This document shows, piece after piece, positions 10,031 to 19,357 of a stretch of 64,000 nucleotides of DNA. The notes under the pieces were generated by a model. That model saw only the letters and a list, made by a program, of their open reading frames with translations. It was not told where the DNA came from and ran no database searches. Origin of the DNA: Chitinophaga pinensis (GTDB lineage: Bacteria > Bacteroidota > Bacteroidia > UBA7662 > JAIXUI01). Numbering within the stretch: the stretch's first letter is position 1; each line of letters opens with the position of its first letter. The position numbers and the translations under genes are program-made. Where the stretch lies: positions 51,298 to 115,297 of the forward strand of contig CALSBM010000001.1 in assembly GCA_943373175.1 (NCBI GenBank), written 5' to 3'.

Positions 10031-11187
10031 TAATAGGAAATCGTCTTATGAAATGAAAGAGGGACAGTTGCTAGCAAGTCGGCTATTTTCTTTCCAGCAT
10101 CTCCTCCTCCGTAAACATGATCTTGTGCTGGTTTTGGCCGGTCTCTACACGCCTGAATGGCGTCAAGAATCGCCTGACGCTGATATTCAACATCGATTAC
10201 ATTCGAGCCTCTGTCACGCATATTCTGCCGAGAGCCGATGTTAACAACCGGAACTCCAAGGAAGGCACTTTCTCTGATTCCTACACTTGAGTTACCTACC
10301 AATGCTTTGCTGTTGTAGATTAATCTCAAGAAGTCGTTGGGCTCCATGTTCTTAAAGAAGTGTACATGGTTGAGTTTGTTTTTTTCACGGAAAGAGCGAA
10401 TTCCTGAAGAAGTTCCATCTGCTCCGGCATCAACATTGGGCCAGAACCAAAAAACGGGAATATCAAGTTCACTTACTGCATGGAGCGTTTCCTCGATATG
10501 CACCCTCGACTCTTTGTATTCTGTAGTAACCGGATGTTGCATTACCACCACATATCCGTTGCTAAAATCAGGTCTAGCCCCAACGCCACCATATTTTTGA
10601 TAGGGGTCGAAATCTAGCGCCGGACTTTGAAGCACTTCTGCTGCCAAATCAATGGAAGGGCAACCCGTATTCCACACTTTATCTTCATGTTCTCCTAAGC
10701 GAATAACTCTTTCGCGTGCACTCTCCGATGCAGTGAAGTGATAGTCAGCAAGTTTAGTTATCGCATGTCTTACTTTCTCATCAATATTTCCGGTTACTTC
10801 TCCACCCTGAACATGTGCCAAAGGAATGTTCATATAAGAGGCTGAAATTGCGGTTGCCATGGTTTCAAATCTGTCGGCTACCGTAACAACAATGTCGGGG
10901 CGAAGGTTATCGAATACTGTTGAAAGTTCCAGGATACCAATACCTGTTGTCTTCGCGGCAGCGGTCAAGTTCTCTCCTTCGAGCACATTAAACACCTTTG
11001 CTGTTATTTCAAATCCATCTTTCTGAATGTAATTAACCGCAGAACCATACCGATCCAGCAATGCTGAAGCTGCAATGATAAGTTGAAGTTCGAGTTCAGG
11101 ATGTTGTTGTATGGCCTTCAATGCAGTTTTGATTCTGCTATAGCTAGGCCTAGCCGTTACAACAACGGCGATTTTTCTTCTGGTCAT
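10030..11187 (-). CDS. neuC: UDP-N-acetylglucosamine 2-epimerase (hydrolysing)
   Basis: 385 aa with UDP-GlcNAc 2-epimerase family architecture, IAHVQGGE motif, adjacent to neuB. Confidence 0.75.
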   Translation of the reverse strand: MTRRKIAVVVTARPSYSRIKTALKAIQQHPELELQLIIAASALLDRYGSAVNYIQKDGFEITAKVFNVLEGENLTAAAKTTGIGILELSTVFDNLRPDIVVTVADRFETMATAISASYMNIPLAHVQGGEVTGNIDEKVRHAITKLADYHFTASESARERVIRLGEHEDKVWNTGCPSIDLAAEVLQSPALDFDPYQKYGGVGARPDFSNGYVVVMQHPVTTEYKESRVHIEETLHAVSELDIPVFWFWPNVDAGADGTSSGIRSFREKNKLNHVHFFKNMEPNDFLRLIYNSKALVGNSSVGIRESAFLGVPVVNIGSRQNMRDRGSNVIDVEYQRQAILDAIQACRDRPKPAQDHVYGGGDAGKKIADLLATVPLSFHKTISY

Positions 11188-12191
11188 TCAACCAAGTCTT
11201 CAAAGTTGAGGAAAGACTGTGCTTGCATATCATGCTTGAGCACACGTCCGATAATACTTTCAAATTGAGCAGCAGGTATTCCCTGATTGGCAGGTTTCTT
11301 CGTTTCTAAATCTTCGAATCGAATAACATGGCCTGCACAAAAACTGCCTCTAACTGCTAATGCTTTCCCAAAAATAATTTTTGCTGTTGCAAAGCGACCC
11401 ACATCGTTCTTATCGACCACGGTATCACGCATAACTTCAATTTGACGAACCGAATGTACTAATTGCTTCACCTCGTCAATTACGAGGGAAGAAGCAGCAT
11501 CTGGGCCAAACATTCTACGATCAAACACAACGTGGAATTCTAATATCTCAGCTCCCAAGCTTACGGCACATAATGGGGCAGCAAGAGACGCAGAGTGATC
11601 TGATAAGCCAACTGGCATTTTATACCGAGCTTTCATTTCCAACATAGCCTGAATACCAACACGTTCTGGAGGAGTCGGGTATTCTGTATTGCACTGAAGT
11701 ACACTTAGAGGAACATTCTTCGACTGAAGAAATGCAATGGATTGGTCGAGTTCGTCATAAGAACTCATTCCAGAAGAAAGTATCACAGGTTTGCCTGTTC
11801 TGGCAATGTGTTCCAGCATTAGCAAATTTGAAACTTCCCCCGAACCAATTTTATAGCGCTTTACCCCTATACGCTCCAACAATTCCACCGCTTCCACAGA
11901 GAAAGGAGATGACATAAATTCCATTCCCTTTTCTTCACAATGTGTTTTAATTCCAACCCATTGTTCTTCCGTAAAGCCCATTCTCTTCCAATAGTCAAAG
12001 CGCGTATTATCCACTTTGGAAAAATTGACTCGGAATGGTTCAAATTCGGAGCTTTCTGCTTCTGCAATATGGGTTTGAAATTTAACAACATCAACTCCTG
12101 TTTCTGCAAGAGCATCGATGTAGGAATGAAGAATGCCAAGGCTTCCATCGTGAGCCTGAGCAATCTCTGCTATAATGAGGGTTTTAGTCAC
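11184..12191 (-). CDS. neuB: N-acetylneuraminate (nonulosonic acid) synthase
   Basis: IAEIAQAHDGSLG...VDVVKFQ NeuB TIM-barrel N-terminus and a C-terminal SAF domain, 335 aa. Confidence 0.85.
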   Translation of the reverse strand: MTKTLIIAEIAQAHDGSLGILHSYIDALAETGVDVVKFQTHIAEAESSEFEPFRVNFSKVDNTRFDYWKRMGFTEEQWVGIKTHCEEKGMEFMSSPFSVEAVELLERIGVKRYKIGSGEVSNLLMLEHIARTGKPVILSSGMSSYDELDQSIAFLQSKNVPLSVLQCNTEYPTPPERVGIQAMLEMKARYKMPVGLSDHSASLAAPLCAVSLGAEILEFHVVFDRRMFGPDAASSLVIDEVKQLVHSVRQIEVMRDTVVDKNDVGRFATAKIIFGKALAVRGSFCAGHVIRFEDLETKKPANQGIPAAQFESIIGRVLKHDMQAQSFLNFEDLVE

Positions 12192-13186
12192 TTGTTTTCA
12201 CCCTCTTGGTCTGAAAACCACCGGAAAGTGCTTTCCAACCCTGTTTTTAAATCAAAAAGGGGATTATATCCCAACAAAGTTCGAGCTTTTGTGATATCTG
12301 CAAGGCTATCGCGAACGTCTCCAGCGCGAGAAGATCCATAAGATGGCTTTAAGGTTGTTGATGAAAGCTCAGCCAGAATATTCCACATGCCGTTTAAGGT
12401 AGTACGTTCTCCAAATGCGATGTTGTAAACCTGATTCAATGCTTCTTGAGAGTCTGTTTCCATCGCACAGATGTTGGCCTGTACTGCGTTTTCTACAAAG
12501 GTAAAATCCCTGCTTTGTTCTCCGTCTCCATTAATCAGTGGTGCTTCACCTTGAAGTATTAATCCAATAAATTTTGGAATAACCGCAGCGTAAGCTCCGT
12601 TTGGGTTTTGCCAAGGACCAAAGACATTGAAGTATCTTAATCCTATTGTATTCACTCCATACACTTTGTAAAAAACATCCGCATAGAGCTCATTAACATA
12701 CTTCGTAACCGCATAAGGAGAAAGGGGCTTTCCAATCTTATCTTCCGTTTTCGGCAACTGCTGACTATCACCATACGTTGAAGAGGAAGCCGCATACACC
12801 ATTTTACCTATGCCTGCTTCGTTTACTGCAACCAACATATTAAGGAATCCGGCAATATTGACTGCATTGGTAGTAATTGGATCATTAATGGATCGAGGAA
12901 CGGAACCCAACGCAGCTTGATGAAGAACATCAGTCATTCCTTTAACTGCATTGTTGCAATCGTCAAGATTACGGATGTCGCCTTCAAGAAATTCAAAGTC
13001 CGGCCTTCCTATGAATTCCTGGATGTTATCTAAGTTTCCAGTAGCTAGGTTATCGAGAACTCGAACCTTTCCGGTACCATGACTAAGTAAGTATCTCACC
13101 AAATTAGAGCCAATAAAACCAGCCCCTCCGGTTACGAGAACACGTCTGTCGGCGAGGTTGCTACGATGATAAATGGGGTTAGTCAA
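12188..13186 (-). CDS. UDP-GlcNAc/UDP-glucose 4-epimerase family (WbpP/TviC-like)
   Basis: VTGGAGFIGSNL Rossmann motif, YxxxK region, 332 aa, paired with a WbpO-like dehydrogenase. Confidence 0.75.
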   Translation of the reverse strand: MTNPIYHRSNLADRRVLVTGGAGFIGSNLVRYLLSHGTGKVRVLDNLATGNLDNIQEFIGRPDFEFLEGDIRNLDDCNNAVKGMTDVLHQAALGSVPRSINDPITTNAVNIAGFLNMLVAVNEAGIGKMVYAASSSTYGDSQQLPKTEDKIGKPLSPYAVTKYVNELYADVFYKVYGVNTIGLRYFNVFGPWQNPNGAYAAVIPKFIGLILQGEAPLINGDGEQSRDFTFVENAVQANICAMETDSQEALNQVYNIAFGERTTLNGMWNILAELSSTTLKPSYGSSRAGDVRDSLADITKARTLLGYNPLFDLKTGLESTFRWFSDQEGENK

Positions 13187-13198
13187 AATGCTTAATAA

Positions 13199-14470
13199 TT
13201 AAAGGCGTGCATCTACCAAAGAACGGTCATAAAACGACTTGATGTCGTAAATGACAGCATTTGGGCTTGTAATGGCTTTCACATCGAGATTCGCAAACTC
13301 CTTATGTGATACGGCCAGTACAACAGCATCAAATTTGGTGGCCTTTATAGCAGCTTCAGTACTAAGATCAAGGTCATATTCATGCTTAACTTCTTCAGCA
13401 TCTGCCCAAGGATCAAAAACGCTAACATCTGTATGAAATGCTTTCAGCTCTCGAATCACATCAATGACTTTAGAGTTTCGAATATCAGGGCAATTTTCTT
13501 TGAATGTAATTCCTAGAACAAGGATTTTGGAACCGAGAATCCGCAAATCCTTGCGAACCATGTGCTTCACAATTTGATCAGCAACGTACTGTCCCATTCC
13601 ATCGTTCAATCGACGACCGGCAAGGATAATTTCTGGATGATACCCTACTTCCTGCGCTTTTTGTGCCAAGTAATAAGGATCTACCCCTATGCAGTGCCCT
13701 CCAACTAAACCAGGTTTAAACTTCAAGAAGTTCCACTTGGTGGCCGCTGCATCCAACACATCCTGCGTATCAATCCCCATTAGATTAAAAATCTTGGAGA
13801 GCTCATTGACAAACGCAATGTTGATATCTCTCTGGGAGTTTTCAATCACCTTGGCTGCTTCAGCTACTCTAATGCTTGCCGCTTTAAAGGTTCCGGCTAC
13901 AATTATGGTTTTATAAAGCTGGTCAACGGTTTCAGCAACCTCAGGTGTTGATCCTGAAGTAACTTTCAGAATTTTGGTTACTGTATGCTCTTTATCTCCC
14001 GGGTTAATTCTTTCGGGCGAATAACCGCAGTAGAAATCCTGATTAAACTTAAATCCGGAAACTTTTTCTAACACCGGAACACATTCATCTTCTGTAACAC
14101 CAGGATAAACCGTGGATTCATAAACCACGATATCCCCTTTCTTCAAAACTTTTCCGACTGTTTCACTGGCTTTATAAAGTGGCGTTAAATCCGGACGATT
14201 ATGCTTGTCGGTTGGGGTTGGAACTGTAACAATAAAAATGGTACAATCACGGATTTCGTCAAGTTGTGTGGTGTAGGAAATCTTATCTGATAGTTTCAGG
14301 TTATCTGAATCAACTTCCAGAGTTCGGTCATATCCGTTTTTAAGCTCCTCAATTCGAGAAGCGTTAATATCAAAACCAACGGTTCTGATTTTCTTTCCAA
14401 ACTCAACGGCGAGTGGCAAACCCACGTAACCTAGGCCTATAACGGCAATTTTTGCTTCTGTAACGTTCAT
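13199..14470 (-). CDS. UDP-N-acetyl-D-hexosamine 6-dehydrogenase (UDP-glucose/GDP-mannose dehydrogenase family, WbpO/TviB-like)
   Basis: KIAVIGLGYVGLPLAV N-terminal motif, catalytic Cys region GGHCIGVDPYY, 423 aa; first gene of the operon. Confidence 0.8.
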   Translation of the reverse strand: MNVTEAKIAVIGLGYVGLPLAVEFGKKIRTVGFDINASRIEELKNGYDRTLEVDSDNLKLSDKISYTTQLDEIRDCTIFIVTVPTPTDKHNRPDLTPLYKASETVGKVLKKGDIVVYESTVYPGVTEDECVPVLEKVSGFKFNQDFYCGYSPERINPGDKEHTVTKILKVTSGSTPEVAETVDQLYKTIIVAGTFKAASIRVAEAAKVIENSQRDINIAFVNELSKIFNLMGIDTQDVLDAAATKWNFLKFKPGLVGGHCIGVDPYYLAQKAQEVGYHPEIILAGRRLNDGMGQYVADQIVKHMVRKDLRILGSKILVLGITFKENCPDIRNSKVIDVIRELKAFHTDVSVFDPWADAEEVKHEYDLDLSTEAAIKATKFDAVVLAVSHKEFANLDVKAITSPNAVIYDIKSFYDRSLVDARL

Positions 14471-14930
14471 TCAAGAGAATTTTATCTGTTTCAGTTTATC
14501 GTTTTTCTTTGGTATCGGGGATTAAGCTTTGAACACGCCCCATTAACTTTTTCATAACATTTCCTCAGGGAGCATTAAATATTAATTAGAGATGCTCCAA
14601 CGCTTGTTCCTTCAAAACAAGTCTTTGCTTCCTGATATCATGTCTGCTTGCTCTTTTAACTCCTTGATATTAAGGCGCTTAAAATTAGATGTTGAGTCCT
14701 AAATTTAGAATAATCTTTGATGAAGACACAGCTTCGCCCTTTGAGTCACGGCAAAGTTAACAAACAAGTAGAACTTAAGCCTTCATTATCTATACTCTAC
14801 TAACTGCAACTAAAACCCTTCTATGTAGCCTTGTCTTTAAATGCCCTTATTTAAAGCACTTATAATGGCTGTTATTTTATTATTAATACTAAACACGAGC
14901 AGAGATCATTTCATAAAAATTGGGGAAATA
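14471..14930 (-). promoter_or_regulatory. 460-bp AT-rich untranslated leader/promoter region upstream of the polysaccharide operon
   Basis: No ORF longer than 70 aa; lies between the stop of the upstream SGNH gene and the start of the first operon gene; long leaders are typical of Bacteroidetes polysaccharide loci. Confidence 0.4.
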
Positions 14931-16169
14931 TCAAAAAATCAGCTTTTTAACATTCTCTCTACCGTTTCTAAACCACGTAAGCAGGAGTATATCTCCACGC
15001 TTCCCATAGATAAATCGACAATCTTTCATATTAGTACGTCTTCCGGCAAGATCTGAAATCATTACTTGCGTAGGTTGAGTTTCCCAAATCCACTTATAAT
15101 GCCCATCCTGATATAAAAAACGGTCTTCTTCTTTATCGGAGTACTGTAAGTCTGTGCTATTTAGAAAGACAGTGTTGGTTACGCTGTCTTTAGTATTGCA
15201 ATGTTCGCTGATTAACAACACCGTATAGTTACCGGGGTTAGCATAAAGATGACTTGGAGACCAGGTTGTATCTGACTGGCCGTCTCCAAACGTCCAGCGT
15301 GCTTTCGAAGCGAAAAAGGAGTTGTTCTGAAATTGGACTTGTAAGCCTTGAGTATTCCAACTAAACATAGAAACTGGATGCCAAAGGCCAAGATTCCAAA
15401 GTGGAAGGGAATCGAACACAACCTCGCGTACAACTGTTCTTAACTGCCTCGCTGTAACACTGTCTAGGCTAGCCTTATAATTACATACTTCCGGGTTATT
15501 CTGAAAAAAAATGCTGTAAAAAGCAGAAGCAGCAAGGTATGACCCCGCAATCTCGGGATGGCTGCCATCTGATTGATAAAGAGAAACTTGTGGAAGCAGG
15601 CTTCTCACTTTTTTCCAAACATCTCCAACCGGACACAGCAAGGCCTTATTAGAGTCAGCCATTTGTCGGTACCTTAAAGCAAGCAGGCTATCCATGCCAG
15701 CGTATGTGCATACCGGCGGCCATTGTGCACAATTAGCCTGATCGCCATTTTGCCTTCCCCAAGTGCGATAAAACACCACTTTAGCGCAAGGATTAGCTAA
15801 ATGAATTAAGCTATCAAGTGCTTTGGCATAAGGAAAAACTTCAAGTTCAACTTGGCTTTGTGGAAATGCAGGCCGCTGGCTTTGTTCCTGTAACACTACA
15901 TAATCCCATCCAGGTTGCTGAATTAAACTTAATGTAGGTTGATGAGTGGTGTGCCCCTGAAAAGTAAAACCTCCCGGAGTACTCATAGCAGTAAACACAG
16001 AATCACCAGCAGAAGCTGCCATCTTTGAAACCATCTCTGGGAGGTTATTAACTGCAGTGTAGCTGTTCCCGATGAACAAAACCCGCTTTATACGACCTGT
16101 GGCCTGAGCACTGGCCAATTGCCAGCACATCAGGCCACAAATCATCCAATAAGGAATAGCTATTCTCAT
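14931..16169 (-). CDS. secreted SGNH/GDSL-type hydrolase with a C-terminal PKD domain
   Basis: Signal peptide, FIGNSYT (GDS-like) block, PKD signature WTFGDGQSD...YANPGNYTV, 412 aa; ATGA overlap with the upstream amylase gene. Confidence 0.55.
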   Translation of the reverse strand: MRIAIPYWMICGLMCWQLASAQATGRIKRVLFIGNSYTAVNNLPEMVSKMAASAGDSVFTAMSTPGGFTFQGHTTHQPTLSLIQQPGWDYVVLQEQSQRPAFPQSQVELEVFPYAKALDSLIHLANPCAKVVFYRTWGRQNGDQANCAQWPPVCTYAGMDSLLALRYRQMADSNKALLCPVGDVWKKVRSLLPQVSLYQSDGSHPEIAGSYLAASAFYSIFFQNNPEVCNYKASLDSVTARQLRTVVREVVFDSLPLWNLGLWHPVSMFSWNTQGLQVQFQNNSFFASKARWTFGDGQSDTTWSPSHLYANPGNYTVLLISEHCNTKDSVTNTVFLNSTDLQYSDKEEDRFLYQDGHYKWIWETQPTQVMISDLAGRRTNMKDCRFIYGKRGDILLLTWFRNGRENVKKLIF

Positions 16170-18991
16170 CTCGCTATCATCAGTTTTCGGTTTGCGTAAC
16201 GTTTTCCTGCTCTGAGTTCATATACATATAACCCTGAAGGCAGAAGCTTGCCTGCATCATCTCGACCGTCCCAAATTTCATTGTAGTGCCCTTCTTGACG
16301 CATTTCACTAACAAGTGTTCTAACTTTTCTTCCCTGCAAGTCAAAAACTTGTAAGATTACTGATGTAGGTTCGTCTACTGAGAACTCAATGGTTGTAGAA
16401 TGGCTAAATGGGTTAGGGTAATTAGCGAATAGTTGAGCAGAATTGGTTATTTCTGGTTCGTTTACACTTATTGCTACGTCTGGCTTGGCTAAACGCTTAG
16501 TAGTATAGATACGGTATTCACCCGGAAGCACACTGAAAGTGATGTTTCCTGCCGTAGCTACATTGATACTATCGCCGGTAAAAAACTCATACCACCTACC
16601 CGCAGTTGGAAAGTTAACGGTATGGTTTCCGGAAGTAATTCCAAAGTTACCCAAAGCAATAACATTCATAGAGGGGTCTGTAATAAGCAAACTTTTCATT
16701 TGGCCACTGAAAAAGGTCTGGAAATTAGTAGATCGAAAAGCCGGCTCCTGGGTTTTCAATTTGATAAGAGCAGAATAAACTTTTTGAAGTCTTGCTCGCC
16801 TCCAGTCATTGAGGTAATTCCACCTAACGGGTTTTAAACCTGTTCTTCCATTGAAATTTATAGAAACATCGTAACCCATTTCACCAAACTGCCAAAGAAG
16901 TTTAGGGCCAGGAACTGTAAAAAAGTGGCTGGCAACCAACGCCATACGCTGAAGTGCTGTGGTTGTGTCTCTGGTACTGTAAGAAGCGTTAAAATTTCCA
17001 AACTGAAGGTTTTTCACCATCAGACGTTCTTCGTCATGGCTTTCCATGTATCCGATTAAGTTGGGCTGCTGATAATTGCGTGCTTTCCAAGAAATCCAGC
17101 TAAAATCTGAATTCTGAATCCATCCCATTGCGGCTTCGTTGTAAGGATCGGATATTTTTCCCCATGGCATCATCCCATAGTCTGCTAATATCTTCTCTTC
17201 AGGATTGTCTGAAAGGTGCTCAAGAATAACATAGCTTCCTGGACTGTAGGTCTGGCATGAATCATAAATAGCTTTCCAAATGTTGATTCTACTTTGATCT
17301 ACCGCATTCCATGCACCTATATTCCCTAATGTGTTGTTCTGAGTAAACCCTTTAGAAAGGTCAAAGCGGAAACCATCAAAGCGGAATTCCTGTAACCAAT
17401 GCTTAAGTACCCGGAAAGTGAAATACTTGGTGTCAGGGCTTTCGTGGTTAAAGTCATAACCAACGTTGAAGTCATGTTTAGGAATCGTATTGAAAAAAGG
17501 ACTGTTGGCTGCCGGACGATCGTTGGCGGCATCCCACCACAATCTTACATAAGGATTTTGACCAAAAGCATGATTCAAAACCATGTCTAATACGATGGAT
17601 ATTCCCTTAGCATGACATGAATCGATTAGTGCTTTTAAATCGTTTTTAGTTCCATACGCTTTATCGGCTGCAAAAAAGTAGCTTGGGTTATAGCCCCAGG
17701 ATTCATTGCCTTCAAATTCCATAATAGGCATAACATGAATACAATTGATGCCCATGCTCTTCAGGTAATTCAATGAATCGCTCACGGTTTTATACCTCCG
17801 CGATGTAACAAAATCGCGAACTAATAATTCATAAATGACCAGATTAGATTTAAGCGGCCTAAAAAAGTTAGGGTTTTGCCAAGTATAACCGGCAGCATTG
17901 GTTTGGAAAATGGAAACTATTCCTGTCGTTTTTCCTGCGGGATACGTTAAAAGGTTGGGATAAGTTGACGCCGGAATAAAGCTATCGTTCCAAGGGTCGC
18001 TCACTTTTTCGCAGTATGGATCACCAATACGAAGGGTTCCGTCAACAAAATACTGGTATTGATACTCTTTACCGGGAGTTAGGTTTTTGAGTTCTACCCA
18101 ATACCGCTTTCCATCTGGAGTTCGGTTCATATAATATGGAGTATCAACTTCCCAATTACTCATTTCTCCAATCACATATACAAATTGTTTAAAGGGAGCA
18201 AACAACGTGAGAATCACTGTGGTGTCGTTCTTGTAGGTAATTCCATCCTCAACACCTACTGGCAAACTGGCTACATTCACCGGCCCTCTTCCTATGTAGT
18301 AAAAAGAATCAACCCGAACGTTACCGTTAAGTTCTGCTTCTACTTTTACCCAATGGCGGCCAACATTGTTGGCTAATACGGCATATTGTATCGTGTCGTT
18401 GAAGGTTGAATTCTGAAGGACATTATCTCGGTAAACTCTTAAGGAACAGGGTTCAGATGAAATAGCAGTAAGATTGACCTGGCTATTTAAATCAACAATA
18501 AGTGGAAAACTAACCGGCTGAATGATGCGCAAGCCCAACTGTCCAACCTGTAAAACATCAACAAAAACATCTGCGCCATCAGCAGCACGGCCTACCACCG
18601 AACCATTGGTGTTACGAAACACAAACGCTAATCTTCGGATTTGCTCATTGGCTGGTACGCCTGCGGTACCATAGAAATTGCGAATATGATACTTCTTCCT
18701 CCAGATATTTGGGGCTACAGAATCCATCCTTACAGCGGGGTCATTAGTTCCCCAATTTCCTCTTACATGCCTCCAAGTTGTATTGGTAGCACTTAAATTG
18801 GTTACTACTCCTGAATGGAGAAAGATTGGCCCAGCCACCCCTGCTAAGGCTCCGTTTCCTTCTGATGCATTAAAGATTACTGTAACAGAATCATTGATGT
18901 CGCGGGGAAAGATTGGCTGTGTACTTACCTGAGCATTCCCATGAAGGCTAAAGGCAGAAAACAAGAGTAATGCTGAGAAGAATTTCTTCAT
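16166..18991 (-). CDS. secreted GH13 alpha-amylase-family glycoside hydrolase with a T9SS C-terminal sorting domain
   Basis: Signal peptide MKKFFSALLLFSAFS, GH13 catalytic region DGFRFDLSKG, C-terminal about 80 aa NYPNPF...LQVFDLQGRKV...GLYVYEL characteristic of the Por/T9SS CTD; 941 aa. Confidence 0.8.
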   Translation of the reverse strand: MKKFFSALLLFSAFSLHGNAQVSTQPIFPRDINDSVTVIFNASEGNGALAGVAGPIFLHSGVVTNLSATNTTWRHVRGNWGTNDPAVRMDSVAPNIWRKKYHIRNFYGTAGVPANEQIRRLAFVFRNTNGSVVGRAADGADVFVDVLQVGQLGLRIIQPVSFPLIVDLNSQVNLTAISSEPCSLRVYRDNVLQNSTFNDTIQYAVLANNVGRHWVKVEAELNGNVRVDSFYYIGRGPVNVASLPVGVEDGITYKNDTTVILTLFAPFKQFVYVIGEMSNWEVDTPYYMNRTPDGKRYWVELKNLTPGKEYQYQYFVDGTLRIGDPYCEKVSDPWNDSFIPASTYPNLLTYPAGKTTGIVSIFQTNAAGYTWQNPNFFRPLKSNLVIYELLVRDFVTSRRYKTVSDSLNYLKSMGINCIHVMPIMEFEGNESWGYNPSYFFAADKAYGTKNDLKALIDSCHAKGISIVLDMVLNHAFGQNPYVRLWWDAANDRPAANSPFFNTIPKHDFNVGYDFNHESPDTKYFTFRVLKHWLQEFRFDGFRFDLSKGFTQNNTLGNIGAWNAVDQSRINIWKAIYDSCQTYSPGSYVILEHLSDNPEEKILADYGMMPWGKISDPYNEAAMGWIQNSDFSWISWKARNYQQPNLIGYMESHDEERLMVKNLQFGNFNASYSTRDTTTALQRMALVASHFFTVPGPKLLWQFGEMGYDVSINFNGRTGLKPVRWNYLNDWRRARLQKVYSALIKLKTQEPAFRSTNFQTFFSGQMKSLLITDPSMNVIALGNFGITSGNHTVNFPTAGRWYEFFTGDSINVATAGNITFSVLPGEYRIYTTKRLAKPDVAISVNEPEITNSAQLFANYPNPFSHSTTIEFSVDEPTSVILQVFDLQGRKVRTLVSEMRQEGHYNEIWDGRDDAGKLLPSGLYVYELRAGKRYANRKLMIAR

Positions 18992-19357
18992 GGTATTCTG
19001 AATTTCATCAATTATCTGTGCAAAGTAGCGAATTATTATAAATTTAATCTCTCTTTAATGGCATTTTCGAATTAACGTCTGATGTAATAATGGGAGGAAT
19101 AATAACGCTATGACGTGTTTCTTATCTTAGCACATAGATAAAGCCACTCGCTGGAAGCCTTCGCATGCCATTCTAGCACGTTAAGGGCTTTTACCGTGTG
19201 CCTCCTCTTGGGGTGGAGACTAACTGAAAAACACCTCCTTCTTTCAAAACTTTACCTTAATGAATACTTGGGAGTTATAACTAAATAGATTGTTTTAAAA
19301 TTTGTTTTAAACCTTGCTTAAGTTCGTCAAGTCAGACCGACACAAAACCCAACCGAC

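Noticed and set aside
14471-14930. Invertible (fin-type) promoter upstream of the polysaccharide locus
   Set aside because: I could not find flanking inverted repeats of 15 bp or more, or a nearby tyrosine/serine recombinase; kept only as a long leader.
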